In this document: one piece after another, positions 59,823 to 64,000 of the stretch
Layout: each line of letters opens with the position of its first letter
How positions within the stretch are numbered: the stretch's first letter is position 1
Source of the DNA: the human T2T-CHM13v2.0 reference genome, Homo sapiens
Length of the DNA: 64,000 bases
Strand: one strand, 5' to 3'
Assembly: GCF_009914755.1 (NCBI RefSeq)
Contig: NC_060948.1
Made by a program: the position numbers and the translations under genes
Notes under the pieces: generated by a model
Told to the model about the DNA's origin: nothing
The model's input: the letters and a program-made list of their open reading frames with translations, nothing else
Databases searched by the model: none

Positions 59823-61950
59823 AGATCCATATTTTTTAAAAGAAAAAAAATTTCAAAGGTACTCTGCTTGGTACAATAATCAAATGTATAAACTGAGGAA
59901 TAAAACATAACCATGAAACCTACTTATAACTGTATACGGAAAATACAGAGGATAATTTTTTAAATAACATATTTTGAAAGCCTTAACTAGTAATTTGAAG
60001 AGTTGGCATTTGAAAGGCCAGTATGAATATACCTTCAAAGCAGCAACACAGGTTCCCCATGAGAAAAAGCAAACTCAGGGAAAATAAAACCACAAAGGTT
60101 CCATCTCTTCTGACCTTTGAAAGACACAGCACAGACAGTGGTCCTTAGGACGAAGAGCAGGAGAGCCCTAATTCCGTCACCATGGCGATAGGGCATAAAC
60201 ATTGCTGGGTGAGGGCACAATCCACATTGTGAGGTCCAACTGCTGCCAGGAAGACAGGAGTGCTTTTACATAGACCGAAAGGTCATTGAAGGCTCAGAGT
60301 TTTGTTTCAAGAACTGAATCCCAAGCCCACACGTTATTAGGCTGCGCTTCTTAAAACAAGTTATGAGATGGGAAAAAGGGCACCCACAAACATACGTATA
60401 CATTATGTATATAATAATATACAGTATCATATATATAATATATATAACCTATGTATAATATTGTTTTACATCCTGCATCTTATAATATATATATTGTATA
60501 AAATATAATAATTGATAATATATAAGTTTTATATTTATACAATATGACATATAGTATATATTATAATTTATGACATATATAATATATGTTATATATCATA
60601 TATAGAATATATTATACGGTTAATATACGTATTAAATATAAATTATACTTTATATATATTATATATAATATATCTGTTATATAAAATACCCATTATGCAT
60701 AATATATATGTTATGTCTATGTTATATATAGTATAAAACAACATATAATAATATATAATTGTATATATAAAATGCGACATATAATATATATTATATTTTG
60801 TGACATATGTAATATATATTATATATTATATATAATACGTTGTATGTATAATACCTATATTAAATATATATTGTATGACTATGTTATTAATTACATGTCA
60901 CATATGTTATATATTATATATTTTACATAGAATATACCGGTTACCTACAATATATACTATGTTACCTATAATGTATAATTTATTACATGTAAAATAAAGA
61001 ATGCAATATATTATGTATAATTTATAATATACAATATGTGGAATGTGATATATATAACAAATAATATATGATATAAGATATACAGTATATGATATATAAC
61101 ATACAATATATGATACCTAATATATATGGTATACAATATATATTTTATGATATGTATTCTATATGTTTTATTTTCTGTTATATATAACTATTTGAAATTA
61201 TATATAACTGTATAATATTTTATGTAAATATGTAATATAATATATATAACCATATAATATATTATATATAACTATATATTATGTTATATATACTTTTATA
61301 ACATAATTTACATAAAATATCATAATATAATATATATTATATTATTTCATATTACATAATATATATTACATATCACCCAATATAATTAACATACATAATA
61401 TTATAATATAGATTATATTATGTTATATTAAATATCATATATATCATGTATCATATATTCTATAATATATATTATACATTATATAATATGTATGTTGTCT
61501 ATTATGTGATATATATAACTATATATATAATTATATTATTATACATATAACTAGATAAACATGTAATTCGATATATTTTCATTTATAATATATAGAATTA
61601 TATAATCATATATAATTATTTATATTCTATAAAAAATTATATCATTATATAAATTATAATATATAAAAATTATAACATGTACTACAAATATATATATTAT
61701 ATATCATATATGATATAGCACCTTTGTTATATATCATAATACATACAAATGTGTATTATGTTATCTATAATTGTAAAATTTCATATATAAGATGTATAAT
61801 GTGTATTATATATTATATATGTTATGTAATATATGTAGTATATATAAGATGACACAGGATAAATATTATATACTATGACATATAAAATATATGAGGTTAT
61901 ATGTTACGTATAAGGCATAGCACATAACACGTAATATATATCATATATAA

Positions 61951-62242
<292 letters not shown>

Positions 62243-64000
62243 AGATCCATATTTTTTAAAAGAAAAAAAATTTCAAAGGTACTCTGCTTGGTACAATAAT
62301 CAAATGTATAAACTGAGGAATAAAACATAACCATGAAACCTACTTATAACTGTATACGGAAAATACAGAGGATAATTTTTTAAATAACATATTTTGAAAG
62401 CCTTAACTAGTAATTTGAAGAGTTGGCATTTGAAAGGCCAGTATGAATATACCTTCAAAGCAGCAACACAGGTTCCCCATGAGAAAAAGCAAACTCAGGG
62501 AAAATAAAACCACAAAGGTTCCATCTCTTCTGACCTTTGAAAGACACAGCACAGACAGTGGTCCTTAGGACGAAGAGCAGGAGACCCCTAATTCCGTCAC
62601 CATGGCGATAGGGCATAAACATTGCTGGGTGAGGGCACAATCCACATTGTGAGGTCCAACTGCTGCCAGGAAGACAGGAGTGCTTTTACATAGACCGAAA
62701 GGTCATTGAAGGCTCAGAGTTTTGTTTCAAGAACTGAATCCCAAGCCCACACGTTATTAGGCTGCGCTTCTTAAAACAAGTTATGAGATGGGAAAAAGGG
62801 CACCCACAAACATACGTATACATTATGTATATAATAATATACAGTATCATATATATAATATATATAACCTATGTATAATATTGTTTTACATCCTGCATCT
62901 TATAATATATATATTGTATAAAATATAATAATTGATAATATATAAGTTTTATATTTATACAATATGACATATAGTATATATTATAATTTATGACATATAT
63001 AATATATGTTATATATCATATATAGAATATATTATACGGTTAATATACGTATTAAATATAAATTATACTTTATATATATTATATATAATATATCTGTTAT
63101 ATAAAATACCCATTATGCATAATATATATGTTATGTCTATGTTATATATAGTATAAAACAACATATAATAATATATAATTGTATATATAAAATGCGACAT
63201 ATAATATATATTATATTTTGTGACATATGTAATATATATTATATATTATATATAATACGTTGTATGTATAATACCTATATTAAATATATATTATATGACT
63301 ATGTTATTAATTACATGTCACATATGTTATATATTATATATTTTACATAGAATATACCGGTTACATACAATATATACTATGTTACCTATAATGTATAATT
63401 TATTACATGTAAAATAAAGAATGCAATATATTATGTATAATTTATAATATACAATATGTGGAATGTGATATATATAACACATAATATATGATATAAGATA
63501 TACAGTATATGATATATAACATACAATATATGATACCTAATATATATGGTATACAATATATATTTTATGATATGTATTCTATATGTTTTATATTCTGTTA
63601 TATATAACTATTTGAAATTATATATAACTGTATAATATTTTATGTAAATATGTAATATAATATATATAACCATATAATATATTATATATAACTATATATT
63701 ATGTTATATATACTTTTATAACATAATTTACATAAAATATCATAATATAATATATATTATATTATTTCATATTACATAATATATATTACATATCACCCAA
63801 TATAATTAACATACATAATATTATAATATAGATTATATTATGTTATATTAAATATCATATATATCATGTATCATATATTCTATAATATATATTATACATT
63901 ATATAATATGTATGTTGTCTATTATGTGATATATATAACTATATATATAATTATATTATTATACATATAACTAGATAAACATGTAATTTGACATATTTTC

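Overview
The whole 64 kb is one uninterrupted head-to-tail tandem array of about 26.5 copies of a ~2.42-kb composite unit. Each unit has three parts: a ~1.56-kb extremely AT-rich degenerate (TA)n domain, a slightly 5'-truncated Alu on the minus strand (~290 bp, with an internal 16-nt duplication), and a ~570-bp more GC-rich HSATI-like segment. The architecture, the 2420/2413-bp period and a predicted 2146-bp HaeIII fragment identify it as human DYZ2 (HSat1B), almost certainly Yq12 heterochromatin. I see no credible genes; all ORFs in the track are repeat-derived. I found no new biological system. The real signal is the array's internal history. Units U1-U19 form one highly homogeneous variant class with nested 4-unit and 6-unit (~14.5 kb) duplications and chimeric units. 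U20-U22 form a mutation-rich transition. U22-U27 form a second subfamily that retains CpGs and some ancestral Alu alleles. Unit starts (phase 'ataacctatg'), U1 to U27: 1, 2421, 4841, 7261, 9681, 12101, 14514, 16934, 19354, 21774, 24187, 26607, 29027, 31440, 33853, 36273, 38686, 41099, 43519, 45932, 48352, 50762, 53184, 55604, 58024, 60444, 62864 (partial). Variant calls were made by eye and are not exhaustive.
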